From the NCBI GenBank assembly GCA_963844715.1, contig CAWJPJ010000007.1:1120001-1184000 (forward strand): a stretch of 64,000 bases of DNA. Direction: 5' to 3'. The stretch is from an uncultured Phycisphaerales bacterium. Lineage in GTDB: Bacteria > Planctomycetota > Phycisphaerae > Tepidisphaerales > Tepidisphaeraceae. The position numbers and the translations under genes are program-made. The notes below the pieces were generated by a model that was not told the DNA's origin, ran no database searches, and worked only from the letters and a program-made list of their open reading frames with translations. Below, one piece after another: positions 20,549 to 31,725 of this stretch. Each line of letters starts with the position of its first letter. Within the stretch, counting starts at the first letter, position 1.

Positions 20549-21184
20549 TCACTCCCCGCTCGCCAGCCGCAACAACTTCTCCCGCATTTCCCTCTGCTGA
20601 GCCGTCCATTCCCGCCGCCAAGCCGGCATCTCCCAACTATCCACTTCATTCCAAAGCCCGCGCCGCCTGCTCCGCGCCTCCCTCTCCGCCTGCTCGACGG
20701 AAGTCAGCAGCGCTCCCGTCTCGCGTCGATCCGCCAGCGCCAGCCCATCCCGCACCACATCGGCATCGAGCAATGGCCCGTCCTCAACAAATACCCAGGC
20801 CAGTAATCGCCCCTGGTCATCCCGAGTCTGCGTCGGCTCCAGTTTCAGCACCACGCTTTTCCCCGCATATCCCCCCAGATGCACCGCCCCCAAAGCGTCA
20901 AACCGCGCCGTACAACTCGCCACGCCCAACAGATGAACAGCCACCGCCTGCGGTTGAATCAGGATTGCATCGACATCGCTCGCCGACGCACAAGTGAATT
21001 CCCGATGATCAAACTTCGCCCAATCATCCCCCAGCGAAAAAGCATTGTCCGCGATCGCCGAAACCAGGAGCGCCGCGACGAACACGCGGAAGCCCCAAAC
21101 GACTCGCCTTCGTTTTCGCAGCGCACCACGGATTTTCACATCTCTATCGGACGACGTAGCCACCTCGATTCTCGACGACGCCAT
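20549..21184 (-). CDS. Thermonuclease (SNase-fold) family protein with N-terminal membrane anchor
   Basis: VHLLGVA, RDDQGRLLAWVF, VVRDGLA, AEREARSRRRGLW. Confidence 0.75.
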   Translation of the reverse strand: MASSRIEVATSSDRDVKIRGALRKRRRVVWGFRVFVAALLVSAIADNAFSLGDDWAKFDHREFTCASASDVDAILIQPQAVAVHLLGVASCTARFDALGAVHLGGYAGKSVVLKLEPTQTRDDQGRLLAWVFVEDGPLLDADVVRDGLALADRRETGALLTSVEQAEREARSRRRGLWNEVDSWEMPAWRREWTAQQREMREKLLRLASGE

Positions 21185-21240
21185 TGTATCATTTGCTTCT
21201 TGCGAGCCGAGTCACCTCGCCAAAGGCGCCTCGCGGCTCC

Positions 21241-21376
21241 CCGCCTTTGGGGTCCTGGACGGCTTGAGAGGAAAAGGAAAGGGTGGGTGGGTGCGGGAGG
21301 GCGGGAAAAACTTTTGGGGCCGTATATGGTTTTCCCGCCCTCCCGCATTGCATTTGCATTTAAAGCGAGCGCCGAA
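21241..21376 (+). repeat. Dispersed ~140-nt structured repeat, copy 2
   Basis: TTTGGGGTCCTGGACGGCTTGAGAGGAAAAGG..TGCGGGAGGGCGGGAAAA..TTTTCCCGCCCTCCCGCATTGCATTTGCATTTAAAGCGAGCGCCGAA. Confidence 0.85.
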
Positions 21377-21499
21377 CAGGCCAGCGCATCCCAAAAAAGC
21401 AATGGGCGTTCAGCCGAGTACTGAATCAGACGGTACTCCGGGCCAATTCCTTTGGAATTCGTGCTGCATAACAGATCATGACGCGTAGAATGACAAGAC

Positions 21500-21937
21500 A
21501 TGGGGCGCACCGCCTCAAACGTTCGGGTGGGTATTTCCCTTCTGCTCATTTTGGGCCTGGGCGCCTTGTGGTACGCCAGTGGCCAAGTTCGGCATGTAGT
21601 TACACTTCATGGCGGAACTCACTACTTCCTGGTCGAAGAATTTAACGGCGCGGTCTACATTACCCGGACGCCGGAACGCGACTTCTCGATTGGACAATTC
21701 TTTGAATCTCCCGAGGGCAGCTTCGTTGGTGTGAAAACGACCTCAATTTACTGGCATGCGGTCACATTAGGCATTCCTTATTGGCTGGTTATGCTCGCGC
21801 TGTCCATTTTGCCGATTCGTAAAGCTTGGGGAATTATCGGCTCGTCTCCTCGCATGATCCGGCGCAGGATCGCGGTTCTGGCGCTGATGGTCCTCGTGTT
21901 CCTACTCTGCTCTCTTCTGACCCCGCACCTTAACTAA
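21500..21937 (+). CDS. Hypothetical membrane protein (lower GC)
   Basis: Three hydrophobic segments, IPYW motif; stop overlaps the lysC stop. Confidence 0.55.
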   Translation: MGRTASNVRVGISLLLILGLGALWYASGQVRHVVTLHGGTHYFLVEEFNGAVYITRTPERDFSIGQFFESPEGSFVGVKTTSIYWHAVTLGIPYWLVMLALSILPIRKAWGIIGSSPRMIRRRIAVLALMVLVFLLCSLLTPHLN

Positions 21938-23171
21938 TCGCCTTGGGGCTTCGCCGCCGCCCCCAAATCAAACGCCTCATGCACGATCTGCAACGCCCGC
22001 GGCGCATCATCCTTGCTAATGATGCAACTGATCTTGATCTCGCTGGTCGTGATGTTCTGAATATTGATCTTCCCATCCGCCAGCGCCTTGAACATCCGCT
22101 GCGCCACGCCGGTATGCACGCGCATCCCCACGCCCACCACGCTCACTTTCGCCAGTCCATCCTGGTAAATCCCCGCCGTTTTCCCTCCCAACTCCTTGAT
22201 CAGCCTTTCCACCACCGGCTTGATGTCATGCAGATCCCCATGCTCCACGGTGAAGCTGATGCTCGCCGTATTGTCGTCCGAGACAGTCTGGATGATGTCG
22301 TCCACCACAATATTCGCCGCCGCGATATCCCCGAAAATCGTGGCCGCGATCCCCGGCCGGTCCGGCACGTTCTTCACCGTGACCCGGATCAGTTCCTTCT
22401 TCAAAGCCGCGCCCGATACGACGATGTGTTCCATGTGAGGGGTCTCCGCCACGATCCACGTCCCTTCGTTCTCGTTCTGGCTGTTCCGCACGTGGATCGG
22501 AACATTGTACTTCTTGGCAAACTCCACCGCCCGGGTCTGCAGCACCGACGCCCCCAGCCCCGATAGCTCCAGCATTTCATCGTAGCTGATCCGGTCGATT
22601 TTCCGCGCATTTTTCACGATCCGCGGATCGGCCGTGTAAATCCCATCGACATCCGTGTAATTCTCGCAAACGTCCGCCTTCAGCACTGCCCCCAGCGCCA
22701 CCAGCGTCGCGTTCGACCCCCCGCGCCCAGAGTCGTGTAATCCCCCTCCGGCGTAACCCCCTGGAAACCCGCCACAATGACAATCTTCCCTTGCGCAAGC
22801 TGGTCGAAAATCCGCTGCTTATTGATCGATTGAATCCGCGCCTTGGAAAAAGCTCCGTCCGTGACCAGCCCGATCTGCCCCCCGGTAAAGCTGATCGCCT
22901 CATGCCCCTGCGAAACGATCGCCATCGCCATCAGCGCGATGGTCACCTGTTCCCCCGTCGCCAAAAGCTGATCCATCTCCCGCTTAGGCGGGTTCTCGCA
23001 AACCGCCTTCGCCAGCGCCACCAGATCATCTGTCGTGTCCCCCATCGCCGAGACCACAACGCAAACCTGGTTCCCCGCCGACTTGGCCGCGATAGCCCGC
23101 GCCGCCGCGCGATGGATCTTCTCCGCATTCGCGACGCTGCTGCCGCCAAATTTCTGAACGATCAAGCCCAT
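21934..23171 (-). CDS. lysC: Aspartate kinase with two ACT domains (frameshift ~22720)
   Basis: VQKFGGSSV, VVVSAMG, VAGFQG, TDVDGIYTADPR, VSVVGVGM, TSEIKIS. Confidence 0.93.
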
Positions 23172-23206
23172 AACCCTATTTCAATAACCTCCGCCCGAGG
23201 CGGGAA

Positions 23207-24391
23207 TTATAGAGAGCTTGCGTCAAGACTCAACGTGGCAGGCTGGGTAAGCGGCGTCCCGCATTCCGGGCACCGATCGCTCTTGTTCATCAGCAGCGAG
23301 TAATCACACTTCGGACACCGAGGCAGACGCAATTGCATCTCAATCTGAAGCCCGCAATCAGCGCAGACGACGTGCACCGCCGAGTCGTGCCGCCGGACCG
23401 TCTGCTTCTTCTGGCACGCCGGACAGACGAAGGTGATCTCCTTCAACTCCAATATTTCCCGTACCGGAATGGTTCGCCGATTAAACGCATCCAGCAATCC
23501 GATCGCAATAGTCCCGCATCCCGCGCAAACAGACGCAGCGATGCTCACGCGCATCGGAAAATCGTCGCGGACCGCCGCAATCGCGATGTAGTCATATAAA
23601 CCGCCGGAAATCCACGCGGTCAATACCGTGATCCAGCGGACCCAAAGTTGATTGGATTTAAGAGGCAGCAGAAACATGACGTTCGTGTAGCCGAACAGGG
23701 CCGCCGCCGTCGCGGCGATGATGAGCGTGTTAGACGGTAAATTTGCCTCGCTCCAAATATCCCCCAGCGCAAAGACAAACGCGACCAGCGCCGCGCCGAC
23801 CCCGGCCCAGCGCCAGTGATGTCGATTCACTCCAGCCCCGGCCAAGCATGCCGCCAGAATGAACGCCAGAAATAAGCACACCAGGCCCGTTAGCCAAAGA
23901 TGGTCGACCGTGTATGGCGCCGGCTGCGGCACCCATATTGCCACAAGATAAAAGAAGTAGCTTGCGGCGCAGAAGATCAGTCCGGCCCAACCGGACAGGA
24001 GGCCCCCCGCGCGGCGGCCCATGTGGAAGAACCCGCACGCCGGTCCAAACGCCACCGGGAAAAGAAGCGCGCTCCATCCAAGATCGTCGGCGTCGTTCGC
24101 GAGCGAGAGCGGATTCCAGATGTACAACAATGTCAAAATGTATTGGATGATGACAATCGAGAGGCAAAACAGACCCGTTGGCCGGTTCTTATCCGAATCC
24201 AGCAGCCGCGCCGCCCAGAACAATAGCGCCGACGCGACCGCCGTCGCGACCGCCGTTCCGATCATCCGCTCCGGTTCGAACTGATGTGGAATGAGAACCG
24301 CCAGAACCGCCAGCGCCCCCGAAGCCGCCAGCGCACCCAGCATCAGCCGCAACATCACCTGCCGAAGCTTCACCGGATCGGCCAGCAGCAT
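23207..24391 (-). CDS. Polytopic membrane protein with C-terminal zinc-ribbon motifs
   Basis: About 10 TM segments, then CPAC, CADC, CPKC, CPEC. Confidence 0.75.
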   Translation of the reverse strand: MLLADPVKLRQVMLRLMLGALAASGALAVLAVLIPHQFEPERMIGTAVATAVASALLFWAARLLDSDKNRPTGLFCLSIVIIQYILTLLYIWNPLSLANDADDLGWSALLFPVAFGPACGFFHMGRRAGGLLSGWAGLIFCAASYFFYLVAIWVPQPAPYTVDHLWLTGLVCLFLAFILAACLAGAGVNRHHWRWAGVGAALVAFVFALGDIWSEANLPSNTLIIAATAAALFGYTNVMFLLPLKSNQLWVRWITVLTAWISGGLYDYIAIAAVRDDFPMRVSIAASVCAGCGTIAIGLLDAFNRRTIPVREILELKEITFVCPACQKKQTVRRHDSAVHVVCADCGLQIEMQLRLPRCPKCDYSLLMNKSDRCPECGTPLTQPATLSLDASSL

Positions 24392-24394
24392 GCC

Positions 24395-25211
24395 CTACAA
24401 GCTAGCCACCGCTAAACCATCGGTCAAACGCCCGAGGCAATCTGCACCGCCGTAACCTGCACCACCTGAAACGCGCATCCCCGCCGTATGCATCAGCTTC
24501 AGCAGCGATCGCATCGCCTCCAATTCCTCCTTCGACTCAAACCCGCGCTTGGGAATCATCAGATAAGACCCCGCCCCCGTATAAATCAAAAACAAATTCT
24601 TCGTCTCCTCCCACTTCTCGAATCCATGCCAAACCGACTCCGTCTTCCCAAACGCATCCGTCAGCGAAATCCCCGACGCCGTAATCTCCGCCGTCTTAGC
24701 CCGCGCACAGCGCCGGCTGAGTCTCCCACTGCCGCCGCAGTTGCGTCACGCGATTCACAATCGAAATCGCCATGATCGCCACCATCATGAACAGCCACGT
24801 CGAGTGGGGGAGCAAAATCGCCCAGGTAATCGGCTGCCCCCCGCGCCGATGCAACTGAAGCCCGCTGCGAAAATACCAAATCTGAAAACAAAGCGCGATC
24901 AAAACCAATATCGATATAAACACGCGCCAGGTAGGCCGAGGCAGCGCGGACGGCCACAGCACCGCGATCGCCCCCAGAAAAATTCCCACCAGCATGATCG
25001 CCGCCGACGGCACCAGCAGATGAATCCAGATCGTCACCGCGTCCGCCCCCGTAAAACTCCAAAGCCACCGCGCCAGCAAATAATAAACCACAAACGCCGC
25101 GATGAACCCAATCGACTGCCAAGTCCTATTGATGCGCTGCCGCCGCTCCGCGGTAATAACCCCCGCCGCCTCCCGAAAATCCTCGTAGCTGTTCTGATAA
25201 TGGATGATCAT
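24395..25211 (-). CDS. YcxB-family membrane protein (frameshift ~24700)
   Basis: N-terminal YQNSYEDFREA, TM segments, C-terminal WEETKNLFLIY...MIPKRGF. Confidence 0.7.
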
Positions 25212-25324
25212 CGACTCAACATGATCATCGGCCAAAAACCCCCTCAACTTCCGCCGCCACAATCGAATTCCTTGCGCACTTTCTCCGGTGCCCGCTCGCC
25301 GAAGTGGGGGGGCACCGGCCTATT

Positions 25325-25472
25325 CCGCTTTTGGGGTCCCGGACGGCTTGAGGGGAAGGAAAGAGGGTGGAGGGGTGCGGGGAGGCGGGAGAAAAACTTG
25401 GGGCCGTATGGTTTTTTCCCGCCTCCCTGCATTGCATTCGCATTAAAAGCGAGCGTCGAATCGCACTCGAAT
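25325..25472 (+). repeat. Dispersed ~140-nt structured repeat, copy 3
   Basis: TTTGGGGTCCCGGACGGCTTGAGGGGAAGG..TGCGGGGAGGCGGGAGAAAA..TTTTTCCCGCCTCCCTGCATTGCATTCGCATTAAAAGCGAGCGTCGAA. Confidence 0.85.
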
Positions 25473-25535
25473 GTCGAAAAAATTGCGGGCGGCCATCTAT
25501 TCCCGAAGGGGATGAGGGTCTCTCGTTCGATCGTC

Positions 25536-26727
25536 TCATCTCCCCGCCCCGCGCAAGAAAAATTCCATCAACTCATACCCCCTCTCCAACCTCGCTCCCC
25601 CCTCCGCATTCTTCTCCGAATAAGTCAGCGGCCGATCATTCCGCACTCCTGTCCCCGCCATCGCAAACGGCGTCGGCGCATACCCATGCTTCCGCGTCCC
25701 AATATTCGTCGGATGGTCCGGCAGTACCAAAATCCGCCACTCAGGAAACGTCTTCAATTTCTCCAGCACCGGCCCCACGATATGCCGATCGATCTCCTCG
25801 ATCGCCGCCACCTTCGTCTTCCAATCCGCCTGATGGCTCGCCTCATCCGGCGCTTCGATATGGCTGAACACCAGATCGTATTTATCCAGCATCCGCGCCG
25901 TCTCCGCTCCCTGCCCCGCGTAATTCGTATCGTGAAAACTCGTCATCCCCGCCACTTCATGCACGTCCCACCCCAGCAGCACCGCCAATCCGCGCAGCAA
26001 ATCCACTCCGGTGATCATGCAACCACTCTCAATCCCAAACCGCTCCTTAAACTTCGGCAGATTCGGCGCCCGCCCCTGTCCCCACAGCCAAACCTGCGAC
26101 GCCGGATTCCGCCCAACGCGCCGCCGCGTCACCGCGTGATTCGCAAACAATTTCCGCGACGACTCCATAATCAAGTTCAATATTTCGCTCCCCTCCCCGC
26201 GCGGCACATACTTCTCAATCCTCTCCTCGGGAATCTCATGCGGCGGCTTCGTCGTCACCTCAAACCGCCGATTCCCCCTGGAAACCAATAAATTCCGATA
26301 GCTCACCCCCGTGAAAAATTCAAACGCCGGCAAATGCAAATGCTCCGCCAGATCATGGATCAATTCCTTCGCATCCGCGTCGCTGATTCCCCCAGCCGAG
26401 TGATCCTTCATCACCCCGTCGATGACGGTCACCAGATTGCACCGAAACACCCAATCGGTAGCCGCCAGCGGAATCCGCTGCGCCGCCGCCTCCAGCGGTG
26501 CCCGCCCGGTATGATAAACCTTCGGGTCGTACCCCAGCAGACTCATCGTCGCCACGTCGCTCCCGCTCTCAAACCCCTCCGGCACCGTCCGCGCCAATCC
26601 CTGCCTCCCCGTTCAGCGCAATCCGATCCATATTCGGCGTCCCCGCCGCCTCAATCGGCGTCCGCCCCCCAAGCTCCGCCAAAGGCTCATCCGCCGCCCC
26701 GTCCGGAATAATGATCGCGTATTTCAT
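25536..26727 (-). CDS. apgM: ApgM-type cofactor-independent phosphoglycerate mutase family (frameshift ~26610)
   Basis: MKYAIIIPDGAADEP, GSDVATMSLLGYDP, TGRAPLEAA, HIEAPDEASH, LPDHPT. Confidence 0.88.
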
Positions 26728-26770
26728 GATCGATCCGGACTCCGCCAAAATCCACGCGCCGCATCCTTCA

Positions 26771-26872
26771 CCCTCTCCTTGTGCTCAAGAGGAAGGTAGG
26801 ACGGGAGGGCGTCGCTTGTCCCGCGCCTTCTATTTCCCTCTCCCTGTACTCAGGGGGAGGGCAGGGAGGGGG
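26771..26872 (+). repeat. Two tandem CCCTCTCC repeat-family copies (26771-26809 degenerate, 26836-26872)
   Basis: CCCTCTCCTTGTGCTCAAGAGGAAGG..GGGAGGG and CCCTCTCCCTGTACTCAGGGGGAGGGCAGGGAGGGGG. Confidence 0.7.
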
Positions 26873-26884
26873 TTCCCCGATTCT

Positions 26885-28202
26885 CTATCCCCCCGCAAAT
26901 TCCTTCGGCGCATCCACAATCCGCAAACAAGCCGTAGGCGGCTGAATCGACGGCAGCCGATCAATCTCCGCCAGCGCCGCCTGCACCGATCCCTCCCGAG
27001 CCTGATGCGTCGTAATCACCACCGGCACCTGATGCCCGTCATTCGCCTCATGCTGCAAAATCGCCGACAAACTGATCTTCTTCTCCCCCAATATTTTCGT
27101 CACCTGCGCCAAAACCCCCGGCTCGTCCTTCGCCAGCAACCTCAAATAATACCGGCTCACCAGTTCCTGATGCGGCAGCACCTCCGCCGGTTTCACCTGA
27201 TCCGGAAAAACCCGCAGATGATTGAACGCCGTCGGAATCACCCCCAGCGCTACGTTGATCACGTCCGCCACCACCGCGCCCGCCGTTGGCATCTGCCCCG
27301 CCCCGCGCCCGTAAAAAAGCGTGTGCCCGATGGCATGCCCCCACAAACTCACCGCGTTGAAACTCCCGCTCACATCCGCCAGCACATCATCCTTATGCAC
27401 CAGCGACGGATGCACCCGCAGCGAAATCTTCTCCCCGTGCCTCTGCCCGATCGCCAGCAGCTTGATCACATACCCCAGCTCCTGCGCAAACTTGATGTCC
27501 GCTTCTTGAAGCTTGTCGATCCCCTCCGTATGAATATCCGCCTCGGCTATCCGTACGTTAAACGCCAATCCCGCCAATATCGCCAGCTTCTGCGCCGCGT
27601 CCCGCCCCGAAACATCCATCACCGGATTCGCTTCCGCAAACCCCGCCTTCTGCGCCTCCGCCAGCGCAGTGCTCATACGTCCATCCATGGCTCTTCATCC
27701 GCGTCAAAATAAAATTGCACGTCCCATTCACGATTCCCAACAGCGCGTCGATCCGATTCGCGACCAATCCGTGCAATATCGCGTTGATGATCGGTATTCC
27801 GCCAGCGCAACTCGCCTCAAACCCAATGCAGGAATTATTCTTTCGCGCCAGCGCAAACAATTCCGGCCCGCGCGCCGCCAGCAAACTCTTATTCGCCGTC
27901 ACCACCGGCTTCCCCAGCCCCAGCGCCTTGGCCACGAATTTCCCCGCGGTCTCCACGCCCCCGATGAGTTCGATGACAATCTGCGTCCGCGGGTCGTCGA
28001 TCGCCTTGTCCGCATCGGCATGGATCGGAATTTGCACCCCCGGCCGGGCCCGCGCCGTGTCCTTATCCACCACATGCACCAGATCGAGCGAAAGCCCCGT
28101 CCGCTCCCGGATTAGATCGCGCTGCTCATGAAGAATGCGCGCAACGCCCGTACCGATCGCGCCGCAGCCCAAAAGGGAAATTCCAACCGTCCGTTCACTC
28201 AT
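26885..28202 (-). CDS. hom: Homoserine dehydrogenase with ACT domain (frameshift ~27672)
   Basis: LLGCGAIG, VVTANK, FEASCAGGIP, NGTCNFILT, GFAEANP..DVSGRDAAQK, YGRGAG. Confidence 0.93.
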
Positions 28203-28783
28203 ATGGGGATTCCGTCACCGCTGAATCTAAGTCGCTGGTAGGGGGGAATCAAGGACACGATCCCTCCGGTCTTCGATAAGCGATTAATTAAGATTTAGGT
28301 CGGTTACGACACCCGTGCCGAAGAGACGCGTTGGCTCGAACACGAAAAACCATTGCCGGTTCGACGGCACCCGGCCGGCCCGATCACAGGGGCAAAACCC
28401 TTCGCGGAAGGCAGCCCAAGATTCGCCGCCGTCGTCGCTTCTCCGGCCTTCGCGCCGAGCGTGCGGATGGCGCACCATCAGGCCAGGTCGGACAAGCGGG
28501 GCTGTGAAGGACGGTTGAGGTCGGCCGCGAAGGCCGAAATTCCTTTTACATCTGCCGCCGCAGGCCGCGACTCCCCGAGCATCCTCGCGCGAAGGCTCAT
28601 CCGTCACCCATCAGGCCAGCCAACCGCCCCCGAATCGGCAGCGCCTCCTCACATACGAGCCCACGCATCTCCTTGCCACGAAAGTCATAACCGATTATCA
28701 CGCCTTGAATTTCGACCATCGGCCTCAGCATTTCCCTGTAGGTTTGACGTCCCCTCCCCCCACCCTTACGATCCAACCGCGAT

Positions 28784-29533
28784 ATGTTCGCCATCGTCAG
28801 CGATATTCACGGAAATCTCGAAGCCTTTACGACGGTCTTAGCCGAGATCGACCGCCGTGGCATCCAGAACATCATCTGTCTCGGCGACGTCGTCGGGTAC
28901 GGCCCCAATCCCATGGAATGTCTCGATCTCGTCGCCGCCCGTTGCCGTGCCTCCCTCATGGGCAATCATGACTTTGCGGTTTTTTACGAGCCCTACAACT
29001 TCAATCAGGGCGCCGAGCAGGCCTGCTACTGGACCCGCCAATGCTTCGAGGACGACACCGACGTCGCCCGCCGCGCCAACCGCTGGAAATTCCTCGGCAA
29101 TCTCCCCGTCCGCCTCAAAACCAGCGATTTCCTCGCCGTCCACGCCTCGCCCCGCAGGCCTATCAACGAATACATTTTCCCCGACGACATCTACACCAAC
29201 CCGGGGAAATTCGTCAGCATCTTCGAACGCTTCGACCGCCTCTGCTTCGTCGGACACACCCACGTCCCCGGCGTCTTCCTCGAAGGACCCGACTTTTACA
29301 GCCCCGACGAACTCGACTACAAGTTCGAACTCACCGATGAAAAAGCCATCGTCAACGTCGGTTCCGTCGGCCAGCCCCGCGATCGCGACCCCCGCACCAG
29401 CTTCGTCGTCGTCGCCGATACCTATGTCGAATTCGTACGACTGGTCTACGACGTCGAAAAAACCGTCAAAAAAGTGGAAGCCATTGATGCCCTCGACAAT
29501 TTTCTGGGGACGCGACTCATCGATGGCAGATAG
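28784..29533 (+). CDS. Calcineurin-like metallophosphoesterase
   Basis: SDIHGN, LGDVVGYG, GNHD, GHTH, NVGSVGQPRD. Confidence 0.92.
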   Translation: MFAIVSDIHGNLEAFTTVLAEIDRRGIQNIICLGDVVGYGPNPMECLDLVAARCRASLMGNHDFAVFYEPYNFNQGAEQACYWTRQCFEDDTDVARRANRWKFLGNLPVRLKTSDFLAVHASPRRPINEYIFPDDIYTNPGKFVSIFERFDRLCFVGHTHVPGVFLEGPDFYSPDELDYKFELTDEKAIVNVGSVGQPRDRDPRTSFVVVADTYVEFVRLVYDVEKTVKKVEAIDALDNFLGTRLIDGR

Positions 29534-29557
29534 CCCCACCCATAGCGAGATCTTCTG

Positions 29558-31616
29558 ATGGACAAAAAGAGCTATATCGCAATGGGGGCGCTGTTCCTCG
29601 CCGTGATGGGGTACTACTTCTACGTCGAAACCGTCGTACGCAAGAACCATCCCGAATACGACTGGAACAACCAGAACTCCCAACTAAACCAGCCGCAGTC
29701 CGTCAGCAGCGCCGGCCAGGCGACCACCCAGACCGAGCCCGCGCTCGGATTAACCACCGCACCGGCAACCTCCTCCTCCGCGGCCGTCGTCGCCGGCGGC
29801 TCACCAACGCCCCCCGTCTGGATCGGTTCGAAAAAGGATAACGATCCCGATTACGCCGTCGGCTTGCAGATCGCCCCCGACGGCGCCGCCCTCAACTCAG
29901 CCATCCTCAACGAATTCAAATCCGCCGATGAGAAGGGTCTCTACACCTTCCAGGAGCCGTACGACTCCGATTGGAACTCCCTCGCCACGCGCGAAATCTC
30001 CTTCAATGGCGCCGACGTCAACGTCGCGGGCTCCGCCTGGAAACTTGAATCCTCCACCGCCTCTTCCGCCGTGTACGGTCTCGATATTTTTTCCCCCGCC
30101 GGCAAACCCCTGGCCCACGTCACCAAATCCTGGCAAGTCGAGGATAGAGGCCCCAAGAAAATCGCGACAACACCGCCGCCGGTTACGAAGTCGATCTCAA
30201 TTACTCCGTCACCAATCTCGCCCCCAATTCCGCGACCGCCAAAATCTCCTTCAACGGGCCCACCATGCCTCCGCGCGAGGCCGAGCGCCAGGACGACCGC
30301 CAGATCGTCACCGGCTACGACAAGGGCAACCAAAACATCGACCTCGTCCGCTACGCCGCCACCGATTTCAAACCCGAAACCCCCTCCAAAGATCTCTCCC
30401 GCAGCAGCAACGGCTATCGCATGCTCTGGAGCGGCGTCACCAGCCTCTATTTCAGCGCCATCGTCCAGCCCCAGAACGAAGGCCAGGTCGACACCGAAAC
30501 CGCCGCTGCCCAAAACCCCCAGGACGCCCCCGAGGATCGCCGCATCGCCCTCACTTTCCAGACCCAGGACCTCAAGCTCGCCCCCGGCACAACCGTCGAT
30601 GTCCCCCTGAAAATATTCCTCGCCCCCAAGAGCCGCTCCATGCTCGAGGGAGATTATTACTCCCAGTTTCCCGCGCGAATATAGCCAGCTCCTCAACACC
30701 ACGTCCGGCATGTGCGGCATTTGCGCCTTCTCCTGGCTCATCGACTTCCTCGTCTCGTTCCTCACCTGGCTCCACTGGTTCTGGCATGACTGGGGACTGG
30801 CGATCATCACCCTCGTCTTCCTCGTCCGTCTCATTCTGCACCCCATCACCAAGCACTCCATGGTCTCGACCATGAAGATGCAGAAGATGGGCCCCGAACT
30901 CGAACGCCTCAAAAAGAAATTCGGCGACGACAAGGACGGCTTCTCCAAGGCCCAGGTCCAGCTCTACAAGGAAATGGGCTTCACCCCCGTCCTCGGCTGT
31001 CTCCCCATGTTCCTCCAGATGCCCATCTGGATCGCCCTCTATTCCGCCCTGCAAACCGAAATCGAACTCCGCCAGGCCCGCTTCCTCTGGGGACTCACCT
31101 GGATTCACGACCTCGCCCGCCCCGACCGCCTCATCACCTGGGACGCCCACCCCTTCACCTTGCCCCTGCTGGGACACATCACTTCCCTCAACGTCCTGCC
31201 CATCCTCATGGGCTTCGGCTATTTCTTTCAACAAAAATACACCCCCAAGCCTCCAGCCTTGACCCCAGAGCAGGCCTCCCAGCAAAAAATGATGCAGTAC
31301 ATGACCCTCCTCTTCCCCCTCTTTCTCTACAACGCCCCCAGCGGCCTGAACCTCTACATCCTCACCAGCGGCCTGGTCGGTATCATCGAAAACAAACGCA
31401 TCCGCGACCACATCAAGCAGGCGCGAAGAAGCGGAAAAAGAAGGCAAAGTCTTTGTGGAAACCCGCGCCACCCGCCAGGGCAAACAGCAGAAAAAGGGAG
31501 ACGGACAAAACAAGGACATGAAAAAAGTGAACTTCCTGGCCAGATGGTGGGCCGAATTGCAGCAACGAGCCGAGTCCGTCCGCAAAGAAGCCGACCGCCG
31601 AAATCGAAAAAATTAG
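29558..31616 (+). CDS. yidC: Membrane protein insertase YidC (frameshifted)
   Basis: DWGLAIITLVFLVRLILHP, GCLPMFLQMPIWIALY, WIHDLARPD, APSGLNLY; large periplasmic domain. Confidence 0.92.
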
Positions 31617-31699
31617 AACCGCGGATTTCGCGGATGGGCGCGGATAAAAATCACATTTCTCTTTTTGCCCTTATCCATGTAATCCGCGAAATCCGTGGT
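31617..31699. repeat. Inverted repeat with ~9-nt periodic arms (CGCGGAT units)
   Basis: AACCGCGGATTTCGCGGATGGGCGCGGATAA ... TTATCCATGTAATCCGCGAAATCCGTGGT immediately after the yidC stop. Confidence 0.8.
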
Positions 31700-31725
31700 C
31701 TAACTTCATTACAAAGGTCGTAGCG

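Noticed and set aside
24741..27712. Long Arg/Pro-rich antisense ORFs (e.g. 24741-26291, 26498-27712; also 56055-57773)
   Set aside because: Shadow frames of real genes on the opposite strand in high-GC DNA
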